A stretch of 64,000 bases of DNA, from assembly GCA_003220535.1 (NCBI GenBank), contig QHSU01000087.1, positions 3,273 to 67,272 on the forward strand, in the 5' to 3' direction. Below the pieces are notes generated by a model. The model did no database searches and was not told where the DNA came from. It worked only from the letters and a program-made list of their open reading frames with translations. Of the stretch, positions 34,624 through 43,500 are shown in pieces (within the stretch, counting starts at the first letter, position 1; the number at the start of each line of letters is the position of its first letter). The DNA is from Candidatus Rokuibacteriota bacterium. Lineage in GTDB: Bacteria > Methylomirabilota > Methylomirabilia > Rokubacteriales > CSP1-6. Position numbers and translations under genes: made by a program.

Positions 34624-35421
34624 TCAGGCCCGCGGGCCGGGCGGCGGATAGAAGCGCGCCTCCCGCTGCTCGTGCCAGGCGCGGTTGGCCTCGTCCATCT
34701 CCCACGACGTCACGCACTCGGTTTGCGCGTTCAGCACCTCCTCGAAGAGCGCGCGCGGGTCGTGGTGGAACGACTCGTGAAGGAGACGCTTGGTGTGGGC
34801 GATCGCGATCGGCGCTGCGCCACGCGCCTTGGCGATGACGGCCGCGAGCGTCTGGTCGAGCTCGGCCGGCGCGCACACCCAGTTGACGAGTCCGATCGCG
34901 CGCGCCTCGGCCGGACTCACGTGATCGTTCAGGAGCGCCAGCTCCTTGGCGCGGCCCACGCCGACGACGCGCGCCAGCCGCAGGACCGCGCCGTCGGGGA
35001 CGAGGCCGTGGCGCGTCGCGCCGAGACCGAGAATGGCATCGTCGGCGGCCACGCGGAGATCGCAGGCGAGCGCCAGCTGCAAGCCGCCGCCGATCGAGTA
35101 GCCGTGCAGGACGGCGACGGTGATCTTCGGCATGTCTTCCAGGCGGTCGAGGGCGCGGTTCCAGTGCCGGTAGAACGCCGCGCCGATCGATCCCGCGGCG
35201 AGCGCGGTCCGGTCCATCCCCGAGCAGAACGCGCGACCGGCCCCCCGGACGACTACTTGCGCGATGCGCGCGTCGCCGGCGGCGGTCTCGGCGTGGTCGG
35301 CGAGGGCGGCGGCGAGCTCGGTGGACAGCGCGTTGAGGACCGTCGGCCGGTTCAGCGTGATCCAGCCGATGCCGTCCTTCGCCTCGTAGGTGACGGGCGA
35401 GAGTTTGTCGACCTCGCTCAC
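34624..35421 (-). CDS. enoyl-CoA hydratase/isomerase family protein
   Basis: 265 aa with a GTG start. Crotonase motifs are present: WITLNRPTVLNAL, RAFCSGMD, LHGYSIGGG. Confidence 0.85.
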   Translation of the reverse strand: MSEVDKLSPVTYEAKDGIGWITLNRPTVLNALSTELAAALADHAETAAGDARIAQVVVRGAGRAFCSGMDRTALAAGSIGAAFYRHWNRALDRLEDMPKITVAVLHGYSIGGGLQLALACDLRVAADDAILGLGATRHGLVPDGAVLRLARVVGVGRAKELALLNDHVSPAEARAIGLVNWVCAPAELDQTLAAVIAKARGAAPIAIAHTKRLLHESFHHDPRALFEEVLNAQTECVTSWEMDEANRAWHEQREARFYPPPGPRA

Positions 35422-35538
35422 GAAGTTGTACGATCACCGCGTGTCGTGTGAAAGTCAAGGCCGCCCCGTCGGGCCCGTGAAGGCAGTGCGCAGCCGCATC
35501 GCGCGGCGCGAGGCGCGTCTACCAAGGAGGCCACGTCC

Positions 35539-36510
35539 ATGTCCGTGATCACGCGTCGCCGATTCGTCGCTGCGGCCCTCGCGGCGACGACGATTCCCGT
35601 CCCGGCGCGCTCCGCCCGCGCGCAGACCGCGGTCAAGATCGGGACCGCGGTGCTCGGCGACTACTCGATGGCGGGACCGGTGATCGTCGCCCTCGAGCAG
35701 GGCTTTTTCAAGTCCGAGGGGCTCGCCGCCGAGTTCGTGCCGTTTCGCGGCGGCCCCGATCTCCTCAAGGCGGTGATGGCCGGCGAGTGTCTCGTGGGGA
35801 TCTCCGGCAGCACCGACATCCTCGTCTTCCGTGAGGCCGGCTCGCCGATCAAGATGATCGCGACCCACACCGAGGGGAATCATTTCACGCTGAACGTGGC
35901 GCCGGACGTCCAGCGGATCGTCGACCTCCGCGGCAAGGCGATCGGCGTCACCCGTGTGGGCGCGACCACATGGGTCTTCGCGCGCATGCTCGCCAAGAAG
36001 GAGGGCTGGGATCCCGACAAGGACATCCAGGTCGTCGGCCTCGGCGGCCTCGACGCCCAGCTCGCCGCCCTGGCGCGCAAGGAGATCGCCGCCTACGTCT
36101 GGGGCGACGGCGGCGCGGTGACCGAGCTCCAGGGCAAGTCCAAGGTGCTCCTGCGCCTGGATTCGGTGACGCCGAAGTGGATCAGCCAGATCCAGTACGC
36201 GTCGGAGGACGCGATCCACAAGCAGGCGGACGCGATCCGCAAGAGCCAGCGGGCGCTCTTCCGCGGGATCAAGCTCATGCGCGACAATCCGAAGGCGGCG
36301 GCGGAGCTCGTGGCGAAGAAGCTCGGCTGGACGCCGGAAGCGGTGCTCGGGGCCCATAAGATCTCGGGCCCGCTGCTACCCGTCGACGGGCGCATCAACG
36401 TGGAGGCGTTCGCGGTGATGCAGGACACGCTCCTCGAGCACGGCCTCATCAAGAAGAAGCTCCCGCTCGACGAGTACTACACGCGGGAGTTCACGCCCGT
36501 GAAGTTGTAG
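35539..36510 (+). CDS. NMT1/THI5-like (NitT/TauT-type) ABC substrate-binding protein with Tat-like signal
   Basis: 323 aa. It starts MSVITRRRFVAAALAATTIPVPARSARA. The VKIGTAVLGDYSMAGPVIVALEQGFFKSEGL pattern is typical of aliphatic-sulfonate/nitrate-type binding proteins. An AAGGAGG SD is upstream. Confidence 0.7.
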   Translation: MSVITRRRFVAAALAATTIPVPARSARAQTAVKIGTAVLGDYSMAGPVIVALEQGFFKSEGLAAEFVPFRGGPDLLKAVMAGECLVGISGSTDILVFREAGSPIKMIATHTEGNHFTLNVAPDVQRIVDLRGKAIGVTRVGATTWVFARMLAKKEGWDPDKDIQVVGLGGLDAQLAALARKEIAAYVWGDGGAVTELQGKSKVLLRLDSVTPKWISQIQYASEDAIHKQADAIRKSQRALFRGIKLMRDNPKAAAELVAKKLGWTPEAVLGAHKISGPLLPVDGRINVEAFAVMQDTLLEHGLIKKKLPLDEYYTREFTPVKL

Positions 36511-36540
36511 CGAGGGCCGTGAGTCCGGCTTGGACCGCAG

Positions 36541-37938
36541 GTGGCCTGCTGCAGAAGCGCGTGGCACCGGTTGGCCAGCCGGGGCAGGCTTGAGAGCGCG
36601 TTCGCGGTGATTCGCGCCTGGCTGATCGCGCTGCTGCTCGCGGCGGCGCCTGGAATCGCCGACGGTCAGGTCTTTCTGGCCTCGCGGTCGAACCCCGAGT
36701 TCACGCTTGGCCCGCTCTTCGTTCGGGCGACCGTGACGCCCGAGCTCGGCGCCGTGACCCTGGACGTCCTCTGGAGCCTCGTGATCCCGCCGACGACGAG
36801 CGGCGGCGCCATCGCCCAGGACCTCTTTCTGCTCTGGCCGAACTCGGTCGACGGAGATTCCACGGCCGGACCGCCCGATCCGGCGCTGGCCGCCTACGTC
36901 AAGACGCGCGGGTTCACGCCGATCATGGAAGGGCGCCTGCCGCTCTTCGCCCAGAGCCTCTACCGGATCGGCGAGGAGCTGCCGCCGGAGCCCATCCGCG
37001 GCGGCGCGCCCTTCGTGACGTTCGTCCGTCAAAGCGGCCCGCTCGGCCTCACAGCGCCCGTGACCTACGTGCGGATCCCCTGGACCCCGCTGCTCGCCAA
37101 CCGGACCTTTCTCATGAACCTGCGCATGGAGCTGACGGACCTCGTCAAGCAGCGGAAGGCCACGTGGATCGAGGACGCGTTCTGGGGCCCGCAGCACTCG
37201 ATCTCGGTGACCTTCAACGACGTGCGGCCGCGCGCCCTGTTCCCGGTGTACTTCGAGCATCGAGACCGCGTCGTCCGCCTCGCCGACGATCCCTCGCAGC
37301 TCATCGTCAACTTCCGCGACGCCGAGCACCTCAAGATCTACGAGATCTTTCCCCGCACGGCGGGCCGCCGGCGCAGCGAAACGCTCGAGTCGACCGAGGA
37401 GATCTCGCTCTTCCTCGACAGCTCGGAAGGCATCAGCCCCCAGGTCTTGACGGCGCAGTTCGGCTACTTCCGGGGCATGCGGTCCTGGGCGCCGGTCCTG
37501 ATCCCGATCGTCTTCTTCATGCTCGGCAACCTGGCGATGCCCCTCTTCATGATGATCGCCCGGCGGGCTGGCGCGATGCTCGCGAGTCGGTTTCAGGTGG
37601 GACCGGGCGGCGCCACACGGCAGACGGGGGTCGTGCTCGCGCGCGACACGCTCGCGCGCATCGTGCCGGGGTCGACGACGTACCAGGAAGTCCTGCGGCT
37701 CGGCGGGCCGGACGCCGAGGAACACGAGCAGCTCACCGCCGCGCCCGGCCGACGCACGCTCGTCTATCGCGGACGCCGGGTCGTGCCTCAGGGCCGCCGC
37801 GGCCTCGGCTGGCTGGCGACCGTGAGTAGCTGGTCCGTCGAGCACCACGAGGTCGAGATCACGCTCGAGCGCGACGTCGTCACCGACGTGCAGGCGCGCG
37901 TGCGCCGCTCGCCGATCGCGCCGGCCGAGGCGGGCTGA
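36541..37938 (+). CDS. hypothetical membrane-anchored protein (no family recognised)
   Basis: 465 aa from GTG 36541, with an alternative GTG at 36607. It has an N-terminal signal/anchor (IRAWLIALLLAAAPGIADG), an extracytoplasmic region of ~320 aa, one TM helix (WAPVLIPIVFFMLGNLAMPLFMMIA) and a C-terminal domain of ~110 aa. Confidence 0.5.
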   Translation: MACCRSAWHRLASRGRLESAFAVIRAWLIALLLAAAPGIADGQVFLASRSNPEFTLGPLFVRATVTPELGAVTLDVLWSLVIPPTTSGGAIAQDLFLLWPNSVDGDSTAGPPDPALAAYVKTRGFTPIMEGRLPLFAQSLYRIGEELPPEPIRGGAPFVTFVRQSGPLGLTAPVTYVRIPWTPLLANRTFLMNLRMELTDLVKQRKATWIEDAFWGPQHSISVTFNDVRPRALFPVYFEHRDRVVRLADDPSQLIVNFRDAEHLKIYEIFPRTAGRRRSETLESTEEISLFLDSSEGISPQVLTAQFGYFRGMRSWAPVLIPIVFFMLGNLAMPLFMMIARRAGAMLASRFQVGPGGATRQTGVVLARDTLARIVPGSTTYQEVLRLGGPDAEEHEQLTAAPGRRTLVYRGRRVVPQGRRGLGWLATVSSWSVEHHEVEITLERDVVTDVQARVRRSPIAPAEAG

Positions 37939-37963
37939 GCGTTCGGGGCGAGTCGCCGGGGCC

Positions 37964-37993
37964 TTGACACGCATCGCAAATCCACCCCATATA
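37964..37993 (+). promoter_or_regulatory. candidate promoter upstream of the Dpp-like operon
   Basis: TTGACA (37964-37969), an 18-nt spacer, then CATATA (37988-37993; TATAGA two nt further). The -10 element is weak. Confidence 0.3.
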
Positions 37994-38041
37994 GACCCCC
38001 ACCGACGTCTCAACCCCACGCACCGCCGAGGGAGGCGTGAC

Positions 38042-39586
38042 ATGGCAGAGATGACCCGACGTGACGTGCTCAAGGTCGCGGCAGCCGGCGCCGTCGCCGC
38101 GCTTCCGGGATTGCCACACAAAGCGCAGGCACAGACGACCCAGAAGCGCGAGCTCGTGGTCGCTCAGGGCGGCGACATCGCATTCTTCGATCCGCACATG
38201 AGCACGTCGTCGAACGACATCCGTATCTCCTTCAACCTCTACGACAACCTCACGAGCCGGCGCCCGGACGGCAAGCTCGCGCCCGGCCTCGCGACGGAGT
38301 GGAAGCTCCAGGGCCAGACGACGTGGGCGTTCAAGCTCCGCTCGGGGGTCAAATGGCACAACGGTGATACCTTCTCCTCGGCCGACGTCAAGTTCAGCAT
38401 CGACCGCTCGCTGGATACAGGCCTGAAGGGCAACCGCGTGAACACCGTCTTGACGACGGTCGATCGGGTCGAGACTCCGGACCCGGGCACCGTCCTCGTC
38501 CACACCAAGAAACCCGATCCGCTGCTGCCGGCGCGCCTGGGCTTCTACGGCGGACAGGTGATCCCGAGGAAATACGTAGAGGCGGTCGGCCCCGACACCT
38601 TCAACCAGAAGCCGATCGGCACCGGGCCGGTGCGCTTCGTGTCGTGGACGAAAGACGACAAGATCGTGCTCGAGGCCAACCCGGACTACTGGGGCGGCCG
38701 GGTCGACTTCGATCGCCTCGTGGTGCGGGCGTTGCCCGAGATGGCGCCCCGGGTGGCCGCCCTGCTCAAGGGCGAGGTCGATCTGATCACCCAGGTCCCG
38801 CCCGATCAGGGCGAGCGCATCAAGGCCAACGCCTCGACCGCGGTGAGTGGCGCGCTCTACGGTGGCCTCTACGTCCTCGCCGTGAACTCCAAGCGGCCGC
38901 CGCTCGACAATCCGCTCGTCAAGCAGGCGCTTTCCCTGGCCGTCGACCGGGGGGCGATCGTGAAGGAGCTGTGGCGCGGGCGCGGCATCGTCCCGAACTC
39001 GATGATCGCCAAGGGCGACAACCACTTCGATGCCTCCTTGCCCCCGCTCGCCTTCAATCCGGGCGAAGCGAAGGACCGCCTCAAAAAGGCCGGTTACAAG
39101 GGCGAGGAGATCATCCTGGAGACCACCGCCGGCTACCTGGCGGGCGACAAGCCCATGGCCGAAGCGGTTCAGGCCATGTGGCGGGACATCGGCGTCAATG
39201 CAAAGGTCGAGGTCTTCGAATATTCAGTGCGCGCGCAGAGGATCCGCGACAAGAGCTTCAAGGGGCTGTGGTGGTCCGACCCGACGTCGACCTTGCGCGA
39301 CCCGGACGGCATGATGTGGCGGCTCCTGGGCCCCGGCGGGTCGCAGGACTATTGGCGGCATCCGGAGTTCGACGAGCTGGGCAACGCCGCCCGCTTCTCG
39401 GTCGACGAGAAGTTCCGCGCCGACGCGTACCAGAAGATGACCAGGATCTTCCTCGAGCACTTCCCCTGGATTCCCGTGATCCAGCCGTACGAGGATTACG
39501 GCCTTCAGAAATACGTGGAGTGGACACCCGATCCGCTCCAGCAGCTCGAGATCCGGCGCTTCAACTTCAAGTTCCGCCGCGCGTAG
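38042..39586 (+). CDS. family-5 (DppA/OppA-like) ABC substrate-binding protein with Tat-like signal
   Basis: Start trimmed to ATG 38042 (MAEMTRRDVLKVAAAGAVAALPGLPHKAQA) with a GGGAGG SD. It shows peptide/nickel binding-protein architecture. Confidence 0.85.
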   Translation: MAEMTRRDVLKVAAAGAVAALPGLPHKAQAQTTQKRELVVAQGGDIAFFDPHMSTSSNDIRISFNLYDNLTSRRPDGKLAPGLATEWKLQGQTTWAFKLRSGVKWHNGDTFSSADVKFSIDRSLDTGLKGNRVNTVLTTVDRVETPDPGTVLVHTKKPDPLLPARLGFYGGQVIPRKYVEAVGPDTFNQKPIGTGPVRFVSWTKDDKIVLEANPDYWGGRVDFDRLVVRALPEMAPRVAALLKGEVDLITQVPPDQGERIKANASTAVSGALYGGLYVLAVNSKRPPLDNPLVKQALSLAVDRGAIVKELWRGRGIVPNSMIAKGDNHFDASLPPLAFNPGEAKDRLKKAGYKGEEIILETTAGYLAGDKPMAEAVQAMWRDIGVNAKVEVFEYSVRAQRIRDKSFKGLWWSDPTSTLRDPDGMMWRLLGPGGSQDYWRHPEFDELGNAARFSVDEKFRADAYQKMTRIFLEHFPWIPVIQPYEDYGLQKYVEWTPDPLQQLEIRRFNFKFRRA

Positions 39587-39594
39587 GCGACTTG

Positions 39595-39625
39595 CCGGGG
39601 CGGAGCCCGACGGGCTCCGCCCCGG
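39595..39625 (+). promoter_or_regulatory. 31-nt perfect palindrome (15-bp stem) between the binding-protein and permease cistrons
   Basis: The sequence is CCGGGGCGGAGCCCG-A-CGGGCTCCGCCCCGG. It starts 9 nt after the SBP stop and ends 5 nt before the permease ATG. No U-tract. Confidence 0.6.
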
Positions 39626-39630
39626 TGCCC

Positions 39631-40557
39631 ATGCGCGGGCTCCTTCCGTTCCTCGCCTCCCGGCTCTTCCGTGCGGCAGTCGCGCTCTGGCTCGTTTCCA
39701 CCGTCGTCTTCATCGTCATGCGGCTGTCTGGCGATCCCGTCCCGCTCTTGCTGCCCCCCGACGCGCCGCGCAGCGAGATCTTCCGCGTGCGCGCCGAGCT
39801 CGGCCTCGATCGCCCTCTGCCCGTACAGTACGTCGTCTTCCTCGGGCACGTGCTCCGCGGAGACTTCGGCCATTCGATCCACTTCCGCCAGCCCGCCTTC
39901 CGCGTAGTGCTCGGCTACCTGCCGGCGACCTTCGAGCTCGGCCTGACGGCGTTCGCCCTCGCGCTGCTCGTCGCCGTGCCCATCGGCGTGGTCTCCGCGG
40001 TGCGGCGCAATACCCCCATCGACCACGCGGCCATGGGGCTGGCGCTCGTCGGCCAGTCGGCGCCGACGTTCTTCATCGGGATCCTCCTGATCCTGATCGT
40101 GTCGTTGAATCTCGGGCTCCTGCCGACCTCGGGCCGAGAGAGCTGGCGCCACCTGGTACTGCCCGCGCTGACGCTCGGCGCCTTTGCCATGGCCTCGATC
40201 GCCCGGCTCACCCGGTCGGCGGTGCTCGAGGTGCTCCGCGCCGACTACATCCGGACCGCCCGCGCCAAGGGCGTCTCGGAGGCGCTGGTCGTCACCAAGC
40301 ACACGCTCAAAAACGCGGCCGTCCCGATCGTCACCATCACCGGGCTGCAGTTCGGCACGCTGCTCGGCGGCGCCGTGGTGACGGAGACGGTGTTCGCGTG
40401 GCCGGGCATCGGCCGGCTCGCGATCCAGTCGATCTATAACCGCGATTATCCCATCGTGCAGTGCACCGTGTTCCTCTCGGCGGTGCTCTTCATCGTCATC
40501 AACTTCTGTGTCGACCTGGTCTATGGCCTCCTCGATCCCCGCGTCCGCGCGAGCTGA
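39631..40557 (+). CDS. Dpp/Opp-type ABC permease (DppB-like)
   Basis: Trimmed to ATG 39631 (MRGLLPFLASRLFRAAVALWLVSTVVFIVMRLSGDP); 308 aa. It has the EAA-type loop YIRTARAKGVSE. Confidence 0.9.
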   Translation: MRGLLPFLASRLFRAAVALWLVSTVVFIVMRLSGDPVPLLLPPDAPRSEIFRVRAELGLDRPLPVQYVVFLGHVLRGDFGHSIHFRQPAFRVVLGYLPATFELGLTAFALALLVAVPIGVVSAVRRNTPIDHAAMGLALVGQSAPTFFIGILLILIVSLNLGLLPTSGRESWRHLVLPALTLGAFAMASIARLTRSAVLEVLRADYIRTARAKGVSEALVVTKHTLKNAAVPIVTITGLQFGTLLGGAVVTETVFAWPGIGRLAIQSIYNRDYPIVQCTVFLSAVLFIVINFCVDLVYGLLDPRVRAS

Positions 40558-41431
40558 CCTGGCGCCGGTCGGGGCGCCGGCGCTCCACGCGAGCCGCGCG
40601 CGCCGGACCCGCTCGATGGCGCTCGGCGGGGGTGTGTTCGTCGTGGTGCTGATCGTGACGGCGCTGGCGGCGCCGGCGATCGCGCCGTACGATCCGATTC
40701 GCCAGTCGCTGCGGGCACGACTGGCGGCGCCCACGCTCGCCGCCGCCGACGGCAAGGCGCACCTGCTCGGCACCGACCACCTCGGGCGCGATGTTCTCTC
40801 TCGCACGATTTACGGGGCGCGGGTTTCGTTGCTGGTCGGCTTCGCGGCGGTGGTGGTCGGGGGACTCGTCGGCGCCACGCTCGGCCTCCTGGCCGGCTTC
40901 CGCGGCGGCTGGGCCGACAGCGTGATCATGACGCTCGCCGATGCCCAGCTCGCGTTCCCGTTCATCCTGCTCGCGATCGGGATCATCGCCGTGCTCGGGC
41001 CGAGCTTCTCCACCCTGATCGTCGTCATCGGGCTCTCCGGCTGGGTCACCTATGCCCGCGTGCTCCGGTCGCAGGTGCTGGTCCTGCGCTCATACGAGTT
41101 CGTCGACGCGATCCACGCCCTCGGCGGCTCGGTGGCGCGGGTCATCGCCCGCCACATCCTTCCCAACGTGCTCTCGTCGCTGGTCGTCATCGCGACGCTC
41201 GAGCTGGCCCGCGCGATCGTGCTCGAGGCGACGCTGTCGTTCCTCGGCCTCGGGGTTCAGCCGCCGACGCCGTCCTGGGGCGGGATGGTCCACGAGGGGC
41301 GGGAGTATCTCGATTCGGCGTGGTGGATCTCGACCGCGCCCGGGATCGTGCTCATGCTGACGTCGATCATCGTGAGCCGTACGGGGGATTGGCTCCGCGA
41401 TCTGCTCGATCCGACCCTGCGGGGGGAATAG
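40508..41431 (+). CDS. Dpp/Opp-type ABC permease (DppC-like); start uncertain
   Basis: It has ...LAAPAIAPYDP... and HLLGTDHLGRDVLSR motifs. In-frame starts are available only at 40508/40523 (35-50 nt overlap with dppB-like) or 40616. Confidence 0.8.
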   Translation: MSTWSMASSIPASARADLAPVGAPALHASRARRTRSMALGGGVFVVVLIVTALAAPAIAPYDPIRQSLRARLAAPTLAAADGKAHLLGTDHLGRDVLSRTIYGARVSLLVGFAAVVVGGLVGATLGLLAGFRGGWADSVIMTLADAQLAFPFILLAIGIIAVLGPSFSTLIVVIGLSGWVTYARVLRSQVLVLRSYEFVDAIHALGGSVARVIARHILPNVLSSLVVIATLELARAIVLEATLSFLGLGVQPPTPSWGGMVHEGREYLDSAWWISTAPGIVLMLTSIIVSRTGDWLRDLLDPTLRGE

Positions 41432-41514
41432 CGCGCGGAGTCGCGGGGCGCGGGTCTTCGTGTGTGTGCCGAGCGGGCCGGGTCCGTTCGATATCGAGAT
41501 GGCTTGGGTCGCGA

Positions 41515-41537
41515 TCGCGTGCGCCTTGCGCACGCGA
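41515..41537. terminator. GC hairpin between convergent genes (possible bidirectional terminator)
   Basis: TCGCGTGCGC-CTT-GCGCACGCGA forms a 10-bp perfect stem. No clear U-tract on either strand. Confidence 0.3.
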
Positions 41538-41582
41538 CGGCCCGGAGCGCCGCTGGCGGGCCGGACGTCGTCTCCGACGGGG

Positions 41583-41789
41583 CTAGGCGGAGGCTTCGGC
41601 GACCGGGATGCGCGCGAGGACGCAGAACGGGATCGTCACGGTCTCGGCGCACGCCAGGCAGTAGAAGTCGAGCTCGAGCCCCGCGCGCTGCCCGTGGAAC
41701 GAGAGCCGCTGACCGCACCGGGAGTGGTGGAGCCCGCCGTCCAGCGCCATGTACACGGTCACGATTTCTGCCGCGACGTCCGACTTCAT
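41583..41789 (-). CDS. small Cys/His-containing hypothetical protein (68 aa)
   Basis: ATG 41789 is preceded by AGGAGG at 8 nt. The protein is MKSDVAAEIVTVYMALDGGLHHSRCGQRLSFHGQRAGLELDFYCLACAETVTIPFCVLARIPVAEASA. Third-position G/C bias is strong. No family recognised. Confidence 0.5.
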   Translation of the reverse strand: MKSDVAAEIVTVYMALDGGLHHSRCGQRLSFHGQRAGLELDFYCLACAETVTIPFCVLARIPVAEASA

Positions 41790-41857
41790 CGCCGTTTCCT
41801 CCTGCGTCCGGGAGAGAGCAATCCGCATTCCAGGAACGGCCGCGCGCCAACCCCTCG

Positions 41858-41881
41858 ATAAATAAAAGCGCCCGGTGGCGC
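41858..41881 (-). terminator. intrinsic terminator ending the 53.0-to-41.9 kb minus-strand gene run
   Basis: The minus-strand RNA reads GGCGCC-ACC-GGGCGC followed by UUUUAUUUAU, 59 nt after the last permease stop. It is the only clear stem plus U-tract I found in the window. Confidence 0.6.
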
Positions 41882-41939
41882 CAGGGCCCGGGTGCGCAAG
41901 AACTGGACGGCGAGCTGGGAAACCCTGGACCGGCCCTGA

Positions 41940-42677
41940 TCAGCCGCGCCAGTGCGAGAGCCCGTCGTTGAGGCGATCGAGGGCCAGGACGATCGCGATC
42001 GACGCGGCCGACACGAGGCCGGTCGCCGCGAACAGCTCGGGAGCCTGGAAGCCGTTGGCGAAGGAGCCCAGGATGTGGCCCATCCCGCGGACCCCGGCGA
42101 ACATCTCGACCACGAGGACCCCCAGCAAGCAGAAGACGATCCCGAGCCGCATCCCCGCGAGCACCGAGGGGACGATGGCCGGGAGCAGCACCTTCCAATA
42201 GAGCTGCCACGTTGTCGCGCCGAGCGACCGCGCCACGGTCACGAGCGTGCGGTCCACGTCGCGGACGGCGCCCATCACGAGCACCATGACCGGGAAGAGG
42301 CCGTGGAGCGCCCCGTAGAAGATCGCTGGAGACGTGCCGTAGCCGAGCAGGAGGACGATCCACGGCAGCACCAGGATCTTCGGGATGCCGTAGAGCGCGA
42401 CCACGTATGGGGACAGCACCTCACGCAGGAGGCGCACCGAGCCGATGGCGACGCCGGCCGAGACGCCGAGCCCGACCGACAGCACGTAGGCGACGGCCGT
42501 CTTGCCGAGCGTGTCGGCCAGACCCGCGAGGGCGGGCCCGCCGGTCCGGAGGAGCGCCCGGGCGACGGCGCTGGGCGCCGGGACGAAGAGCGCGTCCACC
42601 CACCCCGCCCGCGCGGCGGTCTCCCACGCCGTGAGCCCCCCGACGAAGGTCACGAGCTGGAGGACGCGGACGGTCAC
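41940..42677 (-). CDS. NitT/TauT-family ABC permease
   Basis: 245 aa, six hydrophobic segments, SsuC/TauC-like layout. Confidence 0.85.
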   Translation of the reverse strand: MTVRVLQLVTFVGGLTAWETAARAGWVDALFVPAPSAVARALLRTGGPALAGLADTLGKTAVAYVLSVGLGVSAGVAIGSVRLLREVLSPYVVALYGIPKILVLPWIVLLLGYGTSPAIFYGALHGLFPVMVLVMGAVRDVDRTLVTVARSLGATTWQLYWKVLLPAIVPSVLAGMRLGIVFCLLGVLVVEMFAGVRGMGHILGSFANGFQAPELFAATGLVSAASIAIVLALDRLNDGLSHWRG

Positions 42678-42753
42678 TGTAGCGTGGCCCGTGAGGCCGG
42701 CTTGGATCGAGGGTGGCCTGAGATAGATGCGACCCGGCTCCGCATCGCCGCGT

Positions 42754-43500
42754 CTATTCCGTCCAGGCCCGCGCCCGGCGTTCGAGGAGGCTCGCGAGGA
42801 CGTCGGAGCCGACGACCAGGACCAGCGTCACGAGCACGAGGGCCACGTAATCACCCATCCTCAAGAGGCCGTAGGCGTGGTTGATGAGGGCGCCCATGCC
42901 GGCCTTCGAGCCGAGGATCTCGCCGACGATGACGCCGATCACGCAGAGCGCAAGCCCGGTCCGCAGCCCCCCGACGAGTGTGAAGAGCATCGACGGCAGC
43001 ATGACCCGGACGAAGACCGCCACCGCGCCCGCACCGTACGCGCGCGCGACGACGACGAGCTGCGGGTTCACCTGGCGGATCCCGGCGAGCACCGCCAGCG
43101 TGATCGGGAAGAAGCCCAGCAGGAAGCCGAAGGCGATCTTGGAGGCCGCGTCGAGACCGAAGAACAGCATCAGGGAGGGATACCAGACGACCGCCGGAAC
43201 CGCGTAGAGCGCCGCGATCATGGGGCCCCAGGCGCGCCCGAGGACCCGGTGCATGCCGAGCATGAAGCCGCAGCCCAGTCCGGCTCCGACCGCGAGCGCG
43301 TACGCCGCCCCGATCTCGCGCACGGTCAGCAGAAGGCTCGCCGACAGCTCGGGATAGGAACGGAGCAGCAGGAGATCGCGCAACGCCGGGATCACCGCCG
43401 AGGGTGGGACGGCGAGCAGTGGGTTCGCCGCGCGCCCCGCGACCTCCCAGACCGCCAGGAGGGCGGCGAGGAGCCCGAGGCGCACGAGCGCGACCTTCAC
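42754..43500 (-). CDS. NitT/TauT-family ABC permease
   Basis: Trimmed from the 460-aa track ORF to GTG 43500, which overlaps the ATPase TGA (GTGA). About 248 aa. Confidence 0.85.
   Translation of the reverse strand: MKVALVRLGLLAALLAVWEVAGRAANPLLAVPPSAVIPALRDLLLLRSYPELSASLLLTVREIGAAYALAVGAGLGCGFMLGMHRVLGRAWGPMIAALYAVPAVVWYPSLMLFFGLDAASKIAFGFLLGFFPITLAVLAGIRQVNPQLVVVARAYGAGAVAVFVRVMLPSMLFTLVGGLRTGLALCVIGVIVGEILGSKAGMGALINHAYGLLRMGDYVALVLVTLVLVVGSDVLASLLERRARAWTE

Noticed and set aside
35422-35538. Divergent promoter, with a possible leaderless start for the enoyl-CoA hydratase gene (minus strand TTGACT-17 nt-GATCGT ending about 7 nt before the GTG)
   Set aside because: The -10 match is only 3/6 and alternative spacings are equally poor. 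It cannot be supported without transcription-start data.
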